Positions 8,962-20,052 of a stretch of 64,000 bases of DNA are shown piece by piece. The notes beneath the pieces are model-generated. The model saw nothing but the letters and a program-made list of their open reading frames with translations. It had not been told where the DNA came from and searched no databases. Where the stretch lies: the IMG/VR virus record IMGVR_UViG_3300010430_000007, positions 69,912-133,911 of that record; one strand, given 5' to 3'. Position numbers and translations under genes: made by a program. Each line of letters begins with the position of its first letter. The stretch's first letter is position 1. Origin of the DNA: a virus.

Positions 8962-11544
8962 TTGGCATTAAATAAACAAGTACACATTTATAGTGTAGAC
9001 ACAACAGCATTTTATACAGACGAGGAAAAAAGAATATCAGAACCGTTATCCATACTGTATCAGAAAAGATATGAGATTAAGAAGATTTCACAAGAAGAAA
9101 GAACTGAAGAACAAAAGAGAATATATAAGTTGATAAATAAAAGAATATCGACTATAAAAGAAAACCTTAGAAATGAGTTTAAAAGTAGCAGTGTGATTAG
9201 AGAGCTAAATGAAACTCATATGGTTGATAAGAATATTGTCTCTGTATTTGAGTCAGACTTAACAAGAACTGCACAATTCGAAACAAATGAAGTTACAGAC
9301 GATATTTTAATAGTTAGAGCGTTTTATTATGATGTTTTAGAAAGTTTGATTGTTGATGGATTCATCTATAAAAATGAAAAGTATAAAATTTTCACAGCAT
9401 CGGCTGGTCAAATAAGAACAAAAAAGACTGTATTTATAAAAGAATCACTGTGGAATAAATATGAGAAGACTTTAACTTGTGGACTTACTCTAGATATTAT
9501 CAATAGTCGTGGTGGAATGAATGTTAATAAATATTTAGCTTATTTAGCACTAACGAATAGTGCAACAGATTTGTGGCAAGATTTCGATATTGACAGATGC
9601 ATAGTTGTTGATGATTTTGAAACTACATTCAAAACAATGGTAGATTATATTGATGAGAAGACTTATAAAATAGATACTTTGGTCGAAAAAGATGTTACAA
9701 TTCCTCATATGGATGGATGCGGGATACACTTGCCAAAAGTGAATAGAAAGCCATTCATGGTAAGAATGCCTTGGGTAAAAGGTTTATTGGTTCCAATGCA
9801 GTTTAATTCATTCGTTAGAGAAAATTTGGAAGATAATCCTAGTTGTTCAAAAATAAAAGATATTTATGGAAAAGAGTATGATATATTCAAAGATGATATA
9901 CAAATCATTTTCACAAAATCTCAATTCAAGATGCACAAGTTTTACAATTCTTGGAATGAATATAAAGACAATTTTAAAAAATATAATTGTAGTGCTGGAG
10001 TTTGTAATGAGGAACCTGATAAGATTAAGAACGCTAAAATAAACTATCAGATGATGCAAACATTGGAAGATATGACAGAAGATGAATTAATAACCGTCTG
10101 TGAAAAAATTAATTTAGATATTCACAATATATCAAGAGACAGAGATACGATGCTTAAAGTTTTAGGAGTACACGAATATAATACCGAGAAAAATAGTTTG
10201 CAACAGGCACTTGAAATATACCCCGAGCTACTTCAAGATGAACATTGTAGACAAACACTTAGGGATATTAGGAAGAAAATAGTGAAAGAAGGTAAATCTG
10301 GAAGACTTCCAGTTGATGGGAAATATACATTTTTAATACCTGACTTAGTAGCATTTTGTGAATGGCTATTCTTAGGCATAGAAAATCCAAAAGGAATACT
10401 CGAAGACGGTGAGGTTAGCTGTAAAATGTATTCGGATGAAAAAGAATTAGATGTCTTAAGGGCTCCTCACTTATACATGGAGCATGCAATAAGAAAGAAC
10501 ATAATCAATAAAGATACAAAAAGATGGTTTATTTCCAAAGGAATATATACGAGTGCACATGACCCAATTTCTAGAATACTCCAATTTGATGTAGATGGTG
10601 ATAAATCATTGGTTGTGCAGGACGAAACCATTATTAATGTAGCCAAAAGAAATATAAAAAAACATAATATTGTGCCTCTTTATTATGATATGGGCAAAGC
10701 AAATCCAGAGAAATTGAGTAATAGTGTATTATACAAAGGTATGATTAACGCATATTCAGGAGGAAACATAGGAGCTATTTCAAATGATATCACTAAAATA
10801 TGGAATAGCGATGGAGACATAAAAGAAAAACTCACTGTGATTAGATACTTATGCATGGAGAATAATTTTGTAATTGATTACGCAAAAACATTGTATAAGC
10901 CAACTCGACCAGATGATATAAATGAGCTAATAAGAAGTTACACTAAATCAAAAACTCCAAAATTCTTTATGTATGCAAAAGATAAGAATGAACACCAAGT
11001 AGAATGCATAAATACATCTACAGTTAACAAGCTTGAGAACATAGTCAAAAACAAGCCATTTAAATTTAACAGTGAACAATTAGGAAAATTTGATTTTAAA
11101 AAATTAAAGAAGAACAAGATAAGAAAAATAAAAGACTCAGACAAAGATTTAATTGATGCTTATGTAAAGTTGAATAGAAACAAAAATAGATTTGACTACA
11201 ATACAAACACATACACTTATACTTATAATAAAATAAGGAATGAATTGTTAAATTTTAACAATGATGTTTATGATTTGCTTGATGTTTTAATTGAATATCT
11301 ATTTCCAAAAAAGTGCAGTAAGCTCTTATTATTTGAGTGTTTTGGGGATGAGATTGTTAATAATTTAAATAATAATATTGATAAGAAAATTGGAAAGAAT
11401 TATATAATGTGTAAGGAATGTGGAAAAAGAGTTGAAAAAGAAAACAATAGAACTATTTATTGCAAACTGTGTTCAGAAAAAATACAACAAGAACAAAAAA
11501 ACAGGTGGAAAAGAGAAAATTGGCTTGTTAAGGAAGAAAAATAG
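8962..11544 (+). CDS. yonO: YonO-like single-subunit DNA-dependent RNA polymerase (RdRP-like double-psi-beta-barrel)
   Basis: N-terminus LNKQVHIYSVDT like SPbeta YonO; catalytic FDVDGD motif; RAPH and MDG motifs; C-terminal CxxC...CxxC. Confidence 0.9.
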   Translation: MALNKQVHIYSVDTTAFYTDEEKRISEPLSILYQKRYEIKKISQEERTEEQKRIYKLINKRISTIKENLRNEFKSSSVIRELNETHMVDKNIVSVFESDLTRTAQFETNEVTDDILIVRAFYYDVLESLIVDGFIYKNEKYKIFTASAGQIRTKKTVFIKESLWNKYEKTLTCGLTLDIINSRGGMNVNKYLAYLALTNSATDLWQDFDIDRCIVVDDFETTFKTMVDYIDEKTYKIDTLVEKDVTIPHMDGCGIHLPKVNRKPFMVRMPWVKGLLVPMQFNSFVRENLEDNPSCSKIKDIYGKEYDIFKDDIQIIFTKSQFKMHKFYNSWNEYKDNFKKYNCSAGVCNEEPDKIKNAKINYQMMQTLEDMTEDELITVCEKINLDIHNISRDRDTMLKVLGVHEYNTEKNSLQQALEIYPELLQDEHCRQTLRDIRKKIVKEGKSGRLPVDGKYTFLIPDLVAFCEWLFLGIENPKGILEDGEVSCKMYSDEKELDVLRAPHLYMEHAIRKNIINKDTKRWFISKGIYTSAHDPISRILQFDVDGDKSLVVQDETIINVAKRNIKKHNIVPLYYDMGKANPEKLSNSVLYKGMINAYSGGNIGAISNDITKIWNSDGDIKEKLTVIRYLCMENNFVIDYAKTLYKPTRPDDINELIRSYTKSKTPKFFMYAKDKNEHQVECINTSTVNKLENIVKNKPFKFNSEQLGKFDFKKLKKNKIRKIKDSDKDLIDAYVKLNRNKNRFDYNTNTYTYTYNKIRNELLNFNNDVYDLLDVLIEYLFPKKCSKLLLFECFGDEIVNNLNNNIDKKIGKNYIMCKECGKRVEKENNRTIYCKLCSEKIQQEQKNRWKRENWLVKEEK

Positions 11545-11775
11545 AAATGCCTTTGAGTCATTGAAATCACTACAATCTTTACTTATTAAGAATCGTGCAA
11601 TTGCAATACATGTAGCCGAACCCATTGCAATTACTAAGTTCTTTATGAAATATTGATAAGAATCGATTGGAACTTAGGGAAGAAAGAGTCTACATTTGCT
11701 CCAATCTACAAATATATTCAGGAATTGTAGATTCGAGTATTCCTAAACAAAAATGGAGAGAAAGAGGTAAACAAT

Positions 11776-12048
11776 ATGAACAGAGCAGAATTAGTAAAAG
11801 AGTACGCAGAACGAATGGACATGAAACAAACAGAGTCAAAAGTAGCTATTGAAACTTTAGAGTCAATTATATTATCAGTGCAAGATTTAAAAGATGAAAA
11901 TGAGAGCGTTAAATTTGCTAATGCGACATTTAGTTCGAAGTTCGTTGAGGACAAATCTGGTGAGGTTAACGGTAAGCCATATCACACACCAGCACATCAC
12001 GAAGGAACCGTGAAGAGAACTGGTAAAATGAAAGATATGTATAAGTAG
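11776..12048 (+). CDS. HU-like DNA-binding protein (YonN position)
   Basis: MNRAELVKEYAERMDM...KVAIETL...SVKFANATF pattern; directly after yonO as in SPbeta. Confidence 0.75.
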   Translation: MNRAELVKEYAERMDMKQTESKVAIETLESIILSVQDLKDENESVKFANATFSSKFVEDKSGEVNGKPYHTPAHHEGTVKRTGKMKDMYK

Positions 12049-12180
12049 AAAACCAACGGAGAGTTGATTAATTTCGGCTCTCCTACAATAATATATTGAA
12101 ACATACTTTGGAGAGAGTGTGCGTTTGAGTATATTGTAGAAATACAAAATAAACAACCAATTATACAGAAATGAAAGGAA

Positions 12181-12585
12181 TTGGTGAAGAAAATGTGTAA
12201 TAAATATCAAGAACATTCAAAAACTAAAGACTATTCTAAAAAGGATTTGGTTGACAAATGCAATCTAATCAACACGGATTACACAGGAAAAATAAAAAAT
12301 AAGCAATGCTTAGTGTGCAGAAATGGTTGCCCAGATATGCAGTTTAAATTAACTGGAGAATGCAATAACTTCAATCCAAGAATGACACTCAGAGAATTAA
12401 ATAGAGAAATTTCAATTCAAAATGTTAATCTTAGAAAACTATGCAAAAAGCATGGGCTTAAATATGGAAAATTAAAAGACATGCTCTCAAATCGCAGAGC
12501 GTTATTATACGATTACTATACAATATTAGAAAATAGGCTTAATGAAAAGTATGAATTTATAGAATACATTCAGAAAGAGGCTTAG
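12181..12585 (+). CDS. hypothetical protein (Cys-containing N-part, HTH-like C-part)
   Basis: 134 aa ORF in the operon. Confidence 0.55.
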   Translation: MVKKMCNKYQEHSKTKDYSKKDLVDKCNLINTDYTGKIKNKQCLVCRNGCPDMQFKLTGECNNFNPRMTLRELNREISIQNVNLRKLCKKHGLKYGKLKDMLSNRRALLYDYYTILENRLNEKYEFIEYIQKEA

Positions 12586-14025
12586 ATGTGTAAGAATAAA
12601 ACTAAAAAGAAAATAGACAACAATTATATAAAAATGCTAGGAGAATCTTCCGAAGCAGTCACTGGAAGTCAATTCCTTGTTCAGTGGGCGGGATACAAAA
12701 TATTATTGGAGTGTGGTTTTTACCAAAGCAACTGCGTTGAAAAAGACTATATGGTGAACGCGTCTAACTTTAATTTTAAAGCGAAAGAAATTGATTTCGT
12801 GTTCTTACTCCACAATCATTGCGATCATGTGGGAAAAACTCCAAAGTTATACAAGGATGGATATGCTGGCAAAATATTAATGCCTGTTAAATCCAAGCCA
12901 ATTACAAAGATTATGCTTGAGGATTCTGCACATATAATAGAAAAAGACAGAACATTTCTAAACAAACGTTATAAAAAGAAATTAAATCCAATTTATACTA
13001 CAGAAGATGTAGATAGAACTATTAATAATATAGTTGAATATGATTTAGAAGTCGAGCATAAAATAAACGATAATATTAGTTTTATCATGTATCCAAGTCA
13101 GCATGTACTTGGCTCTGCACAATTACTATTAATATTAACTCAAGGTGGAAAAAGAAAGAAGATATTATATACATCTGATTTAGGAAACACTAAATTTGGT
13201 CATACACCGTACGCTTCTGATTTTGCACCTGTAAAGAACGCGAATATAGTTTTGGGTGAGAGCACCTACGGGTCGTCTAAAAAGTCATGTAGGTCTAAAA
13301 AAGACAGGGATAAAGATATAGAAAAGATTAAGTCAGCCGTAAATCAATTTGTTATTGATAATAAAGCGAAATTACTAATCCCAGCATTTAGTTTTCATAG
13401 AACTCAAATAATGCTTAAATATATCTATGACTTGTATCAAGACCACCCAGAAGATTTTGATGTCGTTATCGACTCACCAATGGCTATAAAAGTGACAAAA
13501 GAATTCTCTAATTTATTAGAAGGTCAAGAAAAAATAGAATTTGACAAAATGATGAGTTGGAAGAAGCTAAAATTTGTAGATGATTGGGAAGCAAGTGAAA
13601 TGTGTGCTAAAAGTGATAAACCAATGGTTATTATTTCGGCTTCAGGAATGATGTCGGCAGGTAGAGTGGTAAACCATACTGCTCATATTATAGAGGATGA
13701 GAAATCAGCTATAATGATTTGTGGATATGCATCTCCAAATACAATGGCGGGTGTTATCAGAGAAGGTAAAAAGAAATATATTAAAATTGGTGAAGAAACT
13801 TATAAAAACAAAGCACAATTGATTCAACTTAGAACAATGAGTTCGCATATGCAACACGGAGAATTATTAAAGTATTACAGTGGGATTAATTATGATTCAC
13901 TTTATCTTGTGCATGGAAATGGAGATAGAGCTGAATTCAGAGATGAAATAGAAGAAAAATTAAGAAGTAAGAATAAGACTTCATCTGTATTTTTAGGTGA
14001 AAAAGATTTGATAATAGAACTATAA
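12586..14025 (+). CDS. metallo-beta-lactamase/beta-CASP family nuclease
   Basis: LECG, HNHCDH, HVLGS, YTSDLG, GESTYG, SSH and LVHG motifs in canonical order. Confidence 0.85.
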   Translation: MCKNKTKKKIDNNYIKMLGESSEAVTGSQFLVQWAGYKILLECGFYQSNCVEKDYMVNASNFNFKAKEIDFVFLLHNHCDHVGKTPKLYKDGYAGKILMPVKSKPITKIMLEDSAHIIEKDRTFLNKRYKKKLNPIYTTEDVDRTINNIVEYDLEVEHKINDNISFIMYPSQHVLGSAQLLLILTQGGKRKKILYTSDLGNTKFGHTPYASDFAPVKNANIVLGESTYGSSKKSCRSKKDRDKDIEKIKSAVNQFVIDNKAKLLIPAFSFHRTQIMLKYIYDLYQDHPEDFDVVIDSPMAIKVTKEFSNLLEGQEKIEFDKMMSWKKLKFVDDWEASEMCAKSDKPMVIISASGMMSAGRVVNHTAHIIEDEKSAIMICGYASPNTMAGVIREGKKKYIKIGEETYKNKAQLIQLRTMSSHMQHGELLKYYSGINYDSLYLVHGNGDRAEFRDEIEEKLRSKNKTSSVFLGEKDLIIEL

Positions 14026-14092
14026 GAGGTTGTGCACCGTCGTGAGACAGGAGCTTCTAATCTCAAATAAATGCGAAGGAGAGAGCGTATAT

Positions 14093-14956
14093 ATGGATAG
14101 AAGAGATAGGATGACACTGTCTGCGATACAAAATAGAAAGAAAAACAAAGGTAGTTATAGAGAGGTATTTAACAACATTATTGGACTAGTTTTATCAAGA
14201 GACGAGAGTAGAAAGCAATTAAAAGGCGTTGAGAACTATCTAAATTACAAGCTAGAAAACGATGAAAAAGTAAAGGAAACTGATGATATTAAGCCAAGAT
14301 TAGTTGTGAGTGACTTGCATTTACCTTTCGCAGTGGACGGGTGGTTAGATTTTATCATCAATACTCATGAGAAATACAACTGCCACGAGGAATTAATTAT
14401 TAATGGCGATTTACTAGACCTTCACCAATATTCATTCCACGCTTCTGAAACAGATGCTATGAGTGGAATAGACGAATTCGAAAAAGCAAAAGAAGATATC
14501 CAGAAATTAGTAAGTGCATTCCCAAAAGTAAAATTAACTATGGGCAATCATGATTTCATAATTATTAGAAGAATGAAAGAAATTGGTATTGACCAAAGAT
14601 TCATGAAGACATTTCATGAGTTGTTAGACTTACCTGACACTTGGGAGATAGCTGATGATTTTATTGTAGATAATGTTTATTACAAGCACATTGGATGTTG
14701 TGGTGGTAAAACTGGACACATCAATAGCGCAATATCAAATAGAATGAGTACAGTTTCATCACATCTTCACGCAAACGGAGGAATTAGTTATGTAACTAGT
14801 CCGACAGGTGAAAGTATCTTTGGATTAAACACAGGTGCTTTGGTTGATGATAATGCATATGCTTTGAGATATGGAAAACATAGTAGATTCAAGAGTACAT
14901 TAGGATGCGGACTTGTTTATTCTAATAAAGAAGCATACTTCGTTCCAAAAATTTAA
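14093..14956 (+). CDS. calcineurin-like metallophosphoesterase
   Basis: SDLH, GDLLD, GNHD, HLH motifs; AAGGAG RBS before ATG 14093. Confidence 0.85.
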   Translation: MDRRDRMTLSAIQNRKKNKGSYREVFNNIIGLVLSRDESRKQLKGVENYLNYKLENDEKVKETDDIKPRLVVSDLHLPFAVDGWLDFIINTHEKYNCHEELIINGDLLDLHQYSFHASETDAMSGIDEFEKAKEDIQKLVSAFPKVKLTMGNHDFIIIRRMKEIGIDQRFMKTFHELLDLPDTWEIADDFIVDNVYYKHIGCCGGKTGHINSAISNRMSTVSSHLHANGGISYVTSPTGESIFGLNTGALVDDNAYALRYGKHSRFKSTLGCGLVYSNKEAYFVPKI

Positions 14957-15027
14957 TAAGATAAAACAAAGAGTGTATCAATTTAGGTACACTCTATTTA
15001 TATTTGCAAGAAAGGAGAGACTTGCAT

Positions 15028-15627
15028 ATGACACAATTTTTACAAACAAGAGACCCAATTATTCAAGATATTTTATTAAACGCACAGCAGTTTGAGCGAA
15101 AAGTTTATATCATTGAAGAATTTGATAGAGAGTCTATTTTTAAAGTTATTAGAGCCATTGAAAAGATAGTTGAAGTTGATTCTTTTGATGAGATTAAACC
15201 TGAAGACGCTGAACCGATTTGGCTAATGTTAGATTCGTATGGAGGATGCTTACATTCATGCTTTGGATTAATTTCTACAATTAGACGTTTTCAGAAAATT
15301 GGATATAAGTTTTATACTGTAGATATGGCTAGAAGTATGTCTGCTTCGTTTTATGTAGCTATGACTGGTGATAAAAGATTTGCATATGAATTGTCTAGTT
15401 TAATGGTTCATGACCAAAGAGCGTTTGAATATGGATATAAAACAGTAAGAGATAAGAGAGTTGAACTTAAGGAATGGGAAAAAGAATGGAATATACTAAT
15501 TGAACTAGTTGAAGAATACACTTTAATCACAAGAGAACAACTTGAATGGTATGTTGAGCGTGGATTAGACTGGAATATGACTTCACAAGAGGCAATAGAG
15601 CTTGGAGTCATCGACGAAATTCTATAG
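15028..15627 (+). CDS. ClpP-like serine protease
   Basis: DSYGG, ARSMSA (Ser), LMVHD (His), DWNMTSQEA..LGVIDEI (Asp). Confidence 0.8.
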   Translation: MTQFLQTRDPIIQDILLNAQQFERKVYIIEEFDRESIFKVIRAIEKIVEVDSFDEIKPEDAEPIWLMLDSYGGCLHSCFGLISTIRRFQKIGYKFYTVDMARSMSASFYVAMTGDKRFAYELSSLMVHDQRAFEYGYKTVRDKRVELKEWEKEWNILIELVEEYTLITREQLEWYVERGLDWNMTSQEAIELGVIDEIL

Positions 15628-15638
15628 GAGGAGAGACT

Positions 15639-16007
15639 ATGGAAGATAGATTACAAAATAAAGAAATCGAAGCACAACAAGTGGAAATGACTGAAGAAGA
15701 TTTGATGAAGTTGTTAGCTGGCGGAGATTCAACTCAACAGCAGACTGAGTTTATTTTTCAACCAGTAGAGTTTGATGATGAGCAGTTAAATGAAATTGTT
15801 AATACCAAAGAATTTATTGAAGGTTCTGCTATTGGAGCAAGATTAGCGGGAATCTACTGCACAATGACAAACTTGGGTGTTGATGTCAGAACAGTATCAG
15901 ATTTATTAATTAATCTTCAAACGCTTGAGAAAAATCAAGAGTTACAGAAGGTGGTAAATGAAGGGTATAGATATCAATCGCAAGTAGGAAAACAACAGCA
16001 ATTATAG
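15639..16007 (+). CDS. hypothetical protein
   Basis: GGAGGAG RBS, 122 aa. Confidence 0.6.
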   Translation: MEDRLQNKEIEAQQVEMTEEDLMKLLAGGDSTQQQTEFIFQPVEFDDEQLNEIVNTKEFIEGSAIGARLAGIYCTMTNLGVDVRTVSDLLINLQTLEKNQELQKVVNEGYRYQSQVGKQQQL

Positions 16008-16259
16008 TTAACAACATGTGGGAGACTAACCATCTCCCACTTACAATGAAATACGAATTTTATCGTACTTTTATACATATCTCAGGGAGGCTTTTACCGT
16101 TGTGTGAACTCTCTCTCCGACATTTCGGTGAGGGTAGCTTTGGGGTATGTATATGAGTATGATTGTAACACAGGATAGAGAATGCAACTCGAAAGCATAG
16201 CAACCTACTATGTTTCCTGTGTTTATTATAATAGGGGATTATCTGAGGAGATGATTGGG

Positions 16260-17243
16260 ATGAAGAAGAAAACGGAAGAAGAGTTTGTAACTGAATCTAA
16301 AAATATTCATGATGATTTTTATACTTATGACAAAGTAGAGTATATAAACACAAGAACCAAAGTTATAATAACATGTCCAGAGCATGGAGATTTTAAACAA
16401 ACTCCATCAAGCCACTTAAGTGGAAGTGGGTGCTCTGAATGTAGAAAGTCTAAACTTAGTAATAGATTTCGATTGAAAAAAGAAGATGTAATTGAAAATA
16501 TAAAAACAGCGAATAGCAATATAGGTATAAAAGAGTTTGATTATTTAAATTGCAAAGTTAAAATACCTGTGTTTTGCAAAAAGTGTGGTTACGAATGGAG
16601 CACACAATATGGGGTATTATTAAATGGTCATGGCTGTCCAAAGTGTGCAGGGAATGTTAAAACCGAGTTTAAAGATTTGGAAGAGATTATTAAAAATACA
16701 AAATTAAATGCAATTATATTAAGCAAAGAAAATGAATATAAAAATTCTTCAACCAAAGTTTTATTAAGTTGTAATATTTGTAACGAGTCTTGGAGCACTA
16801 CATATTCAAAAATAAAATATGGATACGGCTGTCCAAAATGTTCATTAATAGGAAGAAGTGGCAAGAGGCACTATAACTACAATGAAAATTTAACAAGAGA
16901 GCATAGAGAAGGAAAAAGACTTGGAGATGGTTCTGACAACCAAGATAAATGGAGAAGGAAAGTTTTTAAAAGAGATAAATACACTTGTTTTATTACAGGA
17001 AGAGCGGGAGGTTCGTTAAGAGCTCATCATTTAGACGGATACAATTGGAATGAAAATGGTAGATTTGACATAAATAATGGAATAACTTTAACATGTGAAA
17101 TTCATAATGACTTCCATAGAATATATAAAAAAGGAAACAATACGAAGGAACAATTTGCAGAATATTGTAAAATATATCACAATATAAATTTTGAAGAAAA
17201 ATATAATGAGCTATTGAGTCAATATGAGAGAGGTGATTTATAA
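16260..17243 (+). CDS. free-standing HNH homing endonuclease with Zn-finger (DUF723-like) repeats
   Basis: three CxxC..H/C-G-C-xx-C repeats; C-terminal LRAHHLD...NGITL...HNDFH; GAGGAG RBS before ATG 16260. Confidence 0.8.
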   Translation: MKKKTEEEFVTESKNIHDDFYTYDKVEYINTRTKVIITCPEHGDFKQTPSSHLSGSGCSECRKSKLSNRFRLKKEDVIENIKTANSNIGIKEFDYLNCKVKIPVFCKKCGYEWSTQYGVLLNGHGCPKCAGNVKTEFKDLEEIIKNTKLNAIILSKENEYKNSSTKVLLSCNICNESWSTTYSKIKYGYGCPKCSLIGRSGKRHYNYNENLTREHREGKRLGDGSDNQDKWRRKVFKRDKYTCFITGRAGGSLRAHHLDGYNWNENGRFDINNGITLTCEIHNDFHRIYKKGNNTKEQFAEYCKIYHNINFEEKYNELLSQYERGDL

Positions 17244-18247
17244 TGGCTACTAAAGCACAAATAGATAAAGCAAAACAAACATTATTATTAGAAGACTATC
17301 AAATAATGAAACCAAATGAATTAAAGTGCATTTGCTGTGGTAAGACACGTAGCGTTTGGGAATCTTCAAATTGGATAATGTCAAATTCTCCTTTGCATAA
17401 AGGAAATGAAGCATTATACAAATGGAAGCCAAAAGACAAAGACCCAGAGACTAGAATGCAATCGTTTGCACCAACTTGTAGAAGATGTATAGAAGGAATA
17501 TATTTAAAAGACGCAGATTTGCCAGATTTAATAGAATCACTTAGAATACTTGATAAGCCATATAAAAAAGATATATGGGATAAAATAGTATCTGAAAAAG
17601 GACATAGAATGAAGCCTATAAGTATGTTAGGTGAGTATAATAGCAATCTAATGATGAATCATAGGGATGAAACATTTAAAGATAGTGATGACTATTCAGA
17701 TGAAAACTCAAAAGTAGAAAGTTTTGATACAGACGGAACATTCCTTAAAAAACGTGAAAAAAAAGAAGCTGTAATGAGATGGGGAGTCAATTGGACTGAA
17801 TTTGAACTTATGAAACTTGAAGAATTTTATCATAACATGAAAAGAGCTAATAAGATAGAGACACCACAAGATGAGGATTATCTAAAAAAACTAGCAAGAC
17901 TATCGGTTAAAATCGATAATGCGTTAGATGGAGGAGACGGAAACCCAAAACAATTGGGAGACTTGTATTCTAAGTTTATGACAGATTCGAAATTTAGAGC
18001 AATGGATATGACAGACGCAGATAAACAGGGTGGAATTAGAACCTTTAGTCAAATATACGCAGAAGTAGAGTCTCCTGACTTTATTCCTCCTTGGGAAAAG
18101 TATGCTAAATTTTTAAATGTAGGTCAGGATTTAATAGACAAGACAATAATGCATATAGAAAACTTTACTCTAAGGTTTAATAATGCTGAAAGAATGGCGA
18201 TGCCACCTGACAATACTCCTAAAAATGGAGATGATTTAGATGAGTAG
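17243..18247 (+). CDS. Zn-finger protein upstream of terminase (YonG-like, possible small terminase)
   Basis: CICCG...CRRC; overlaps the terminase start; SPbeta-like synteny. Confidence 0.5.
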   Translation: MATKAQIDKAKQTLLLEDYQIMKPNELKCICCGKTRSVWESSNWIMSNSPLHKGNEALYKWKPKDKDPETRMQSFAPTCRRCIEGIYLKDADLPDLIESLRILDKPYKKDIWDKIVSEKGHRMKPISMLGEYNSNLMMNHRDETFKDSDDYSDENSKVESFDTDGTFLKKREKKEAVMRWGVNWTEFELMKLEEFYHNMKRANKIETPQDEDYLKKLARLSVKIDNALDGGDGNPKQLGDLYSKFMTDSKFRAMDMTDADKQGGIRTFSQIYAEVESPDFIPPWEKYAKFLNVGQDLIDKTIMHIENFTLRFNNAERMAMPPDNTPKNGDDLDE

Positions 18248-20027
18248 TTTTTTAAACTTTTCAAAAAAAGACAGAAGTAAAAAAGACAGTGATTATAGTT
18301 ATAATCCACAGAATATAGAAAATAGAAAAGTAAACGAACAACAACTAGAGGGATTTGAAAAAGTAAGAGATAAGTGGACTATGCTTTGTAGTTATTTCAG
18401 AAGATATCCAGACCATTTTTTAGATATGATACAGCCAGAAGACGCAAAAATAAAATTATATTGGTATCAAAGGATTTATCTTAGAATAATATTTAGATAT
18501 AGAAAAGTTTTTCTGACCGCAACACGTGGTACTTCTAAATCTTTTTTATTGAACTTAGCATTTGTGTTGCTGTGTATAATGTTCCCACGGACTAAATTGT
18601 TCACTACCGCCGTCGGAAAAGAGCAAGCCGCAAAAATAACCCAAGAATGTTTAGATGACATTTTTGAATTCTATCCTCTGTTGAGAAAAGAAATTAAAAC
18701 ATATACTGCAAGTAAAGATTACACCAAATTGGTATTCTATAATGGAAGTAAGTATGATGTTGTACAAATGAGGGATTCTACTCGTGGTGGTAGAAGAAAC
18801 GGTGGTTCAATAGAAGAAATTTGCGATAAGAAATTTGATGGGGATATGTTGAATGCAGTAGTTATTCCATTAATGGCTAATGATAGAGTTGCAATGTGTG
18901 GTAAAGTAGACCCAAATGAAGTACACAAGAGAGAAATATATATAACAACCGCATCAACAAAACAACAGTTTGCTTATGAAAAAGTATGCGAGATAATGTC
19001 TGATATGATAAATGGCTCTTCCGCATTTTGCTTTGGAAACTCATATGAATTGCCTTGTCTGTATGGGCAGTTGGACATAGATTTTATAGAGGAAAAAAGA
19101 GAGTCTCCAACTTATAGTATACTAGATTTTATGAGAGAATATGAGTCAATTTATACTGGTTCGAACTCAGACAGTTTGGTTTCAGATGACAAGCTTAGAA
19201 AATGCAGAATTGTAAAGAATGCTGAATGGGAGCATTGTGGAGACAAGAATGTAGATTATGTATTAGCTTATGACGTATCTCGTAACGAAGGCGATGAAAA
19301 TGCATTATCTGCCCTTGTTGTAATAAAAATAACTAGAAGTGGCAATAAGTATATAAAAGAAGTTGTTAATATATTTTCAATGGAAGGTCAACATGATACT
19401 TGGCAAGCAAAATTTTTAAAAGATAAAGTAAGAGACTTTGAGGCTAGGATACTTGTAATTGACGCAAACGGCATAGGTTCGGGAGTTGTTGACCAGCTTG
19501 TATTAGATTTAGATGATGGGAATCCACCTTATAAAGTAGTAAATGACGAAAAAGAACAGTGGAAAAGATATGAATCACCAGATGGAATTCCGGTGGTGTT
19601 TGCATTAAAAGCCCAAAATAAAGAAACTAAAAACAGCGACATGATTAACCATTTTATGAAGTTATTTAATAAACTAGATGTTGGATTGTTAATTTCACCA
19701 CATGAAGGAATCAAAGAGTTAGAAAAGAAAAGAAGAAAGAGATTTTCAGAAGATGAATCTGAAGAACGAGCTATAGCTGAAATTCCGTATATATTAACAA
19801 ACCTGCTATCAGAAGAGATAATGAACTTAAGATATAAACAAAAAGGAAATTCAACAGAAGTGGAGAGAGTGTCTAGGAGAATTCCTAAAGATAAGTTTTC
19901 TGCACTGCTATATGGTTTATTTTGGATTCATTTGCAGGAAAGAGAATTTAGAATAGCAAAAAAATCATCATTTGATGTATCAAAATTAGTAGGTGTAATG
20001 AAAACACCTAACTTAAGAAAAAGATAA
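18240..20027 (+). CDS. terL: terminase large subunit
   Basis: ATRGTSKS Walker A, GGSIEE Walker B, nuclease LAYDVSR, DANGIG and KDKFSAL. Confidence 0.88.
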   Translation: MSSFLNFSKKDRSKKDSDYSYNPQNIENRKVNEQQLEGFEKVRDKWTMLCSYFRRYPDHFLDMIQPEDAKIKLYWYQRIYLRIIFRYRKVFLTATRGTSKSFLLNLAFVLLCIMFPRTKLFTTAVGKEQAAKITQECLDDIFEFYPLLRKEIKTYTASKDYTKLVFYNGSKYDVVQMRDSTRGGRRNGGSIEEICDKKFDGDMLNAVVIPLMANDRVAMCGKVDPNEVHKREIYITTASTKQQFAYEKVCEIMSDMINGSSAFCFGNSYELPCLYGQLDIDFIEEKRESPTYSILDFMREYESIYTGSNSDSLVSDDKLRKCRIVKNAEWEHCGDKNVDYVLAYDVSRNEGDENALSALVVIKITRSGNKYIKEVVNIFSMEGQHDTWQAKFLKDKVRDFEARILVIDANGIGSGVVDQLVLDLDDGNPPYKVVNDEKEQWKRYESPDGIPVVFALKAQNKETKNSDMINHFMKLFNKLDVGLLISPHEGIKELEKKRRKRFSEDESEERAIAEIPYILTNLLSEEIMNLRYKQKGNSTEVERVSRRIPKDKFSALLYGLFWIHLQEREFRIAKKSSFDVSKLVGVMKTPNLRKR

Positions 20028-20052
20028 TATTTAATTATAAGGAGGTGAGGTT

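Noticed and set aside
11420-11954. ORFs 11420..11656, 11667..11852, 11718..11954 and the many antisense ORFs under structural genes
   Set aside because: Shadow frames overlapping well-supported genes, lacking RBS and recognisable motifs.
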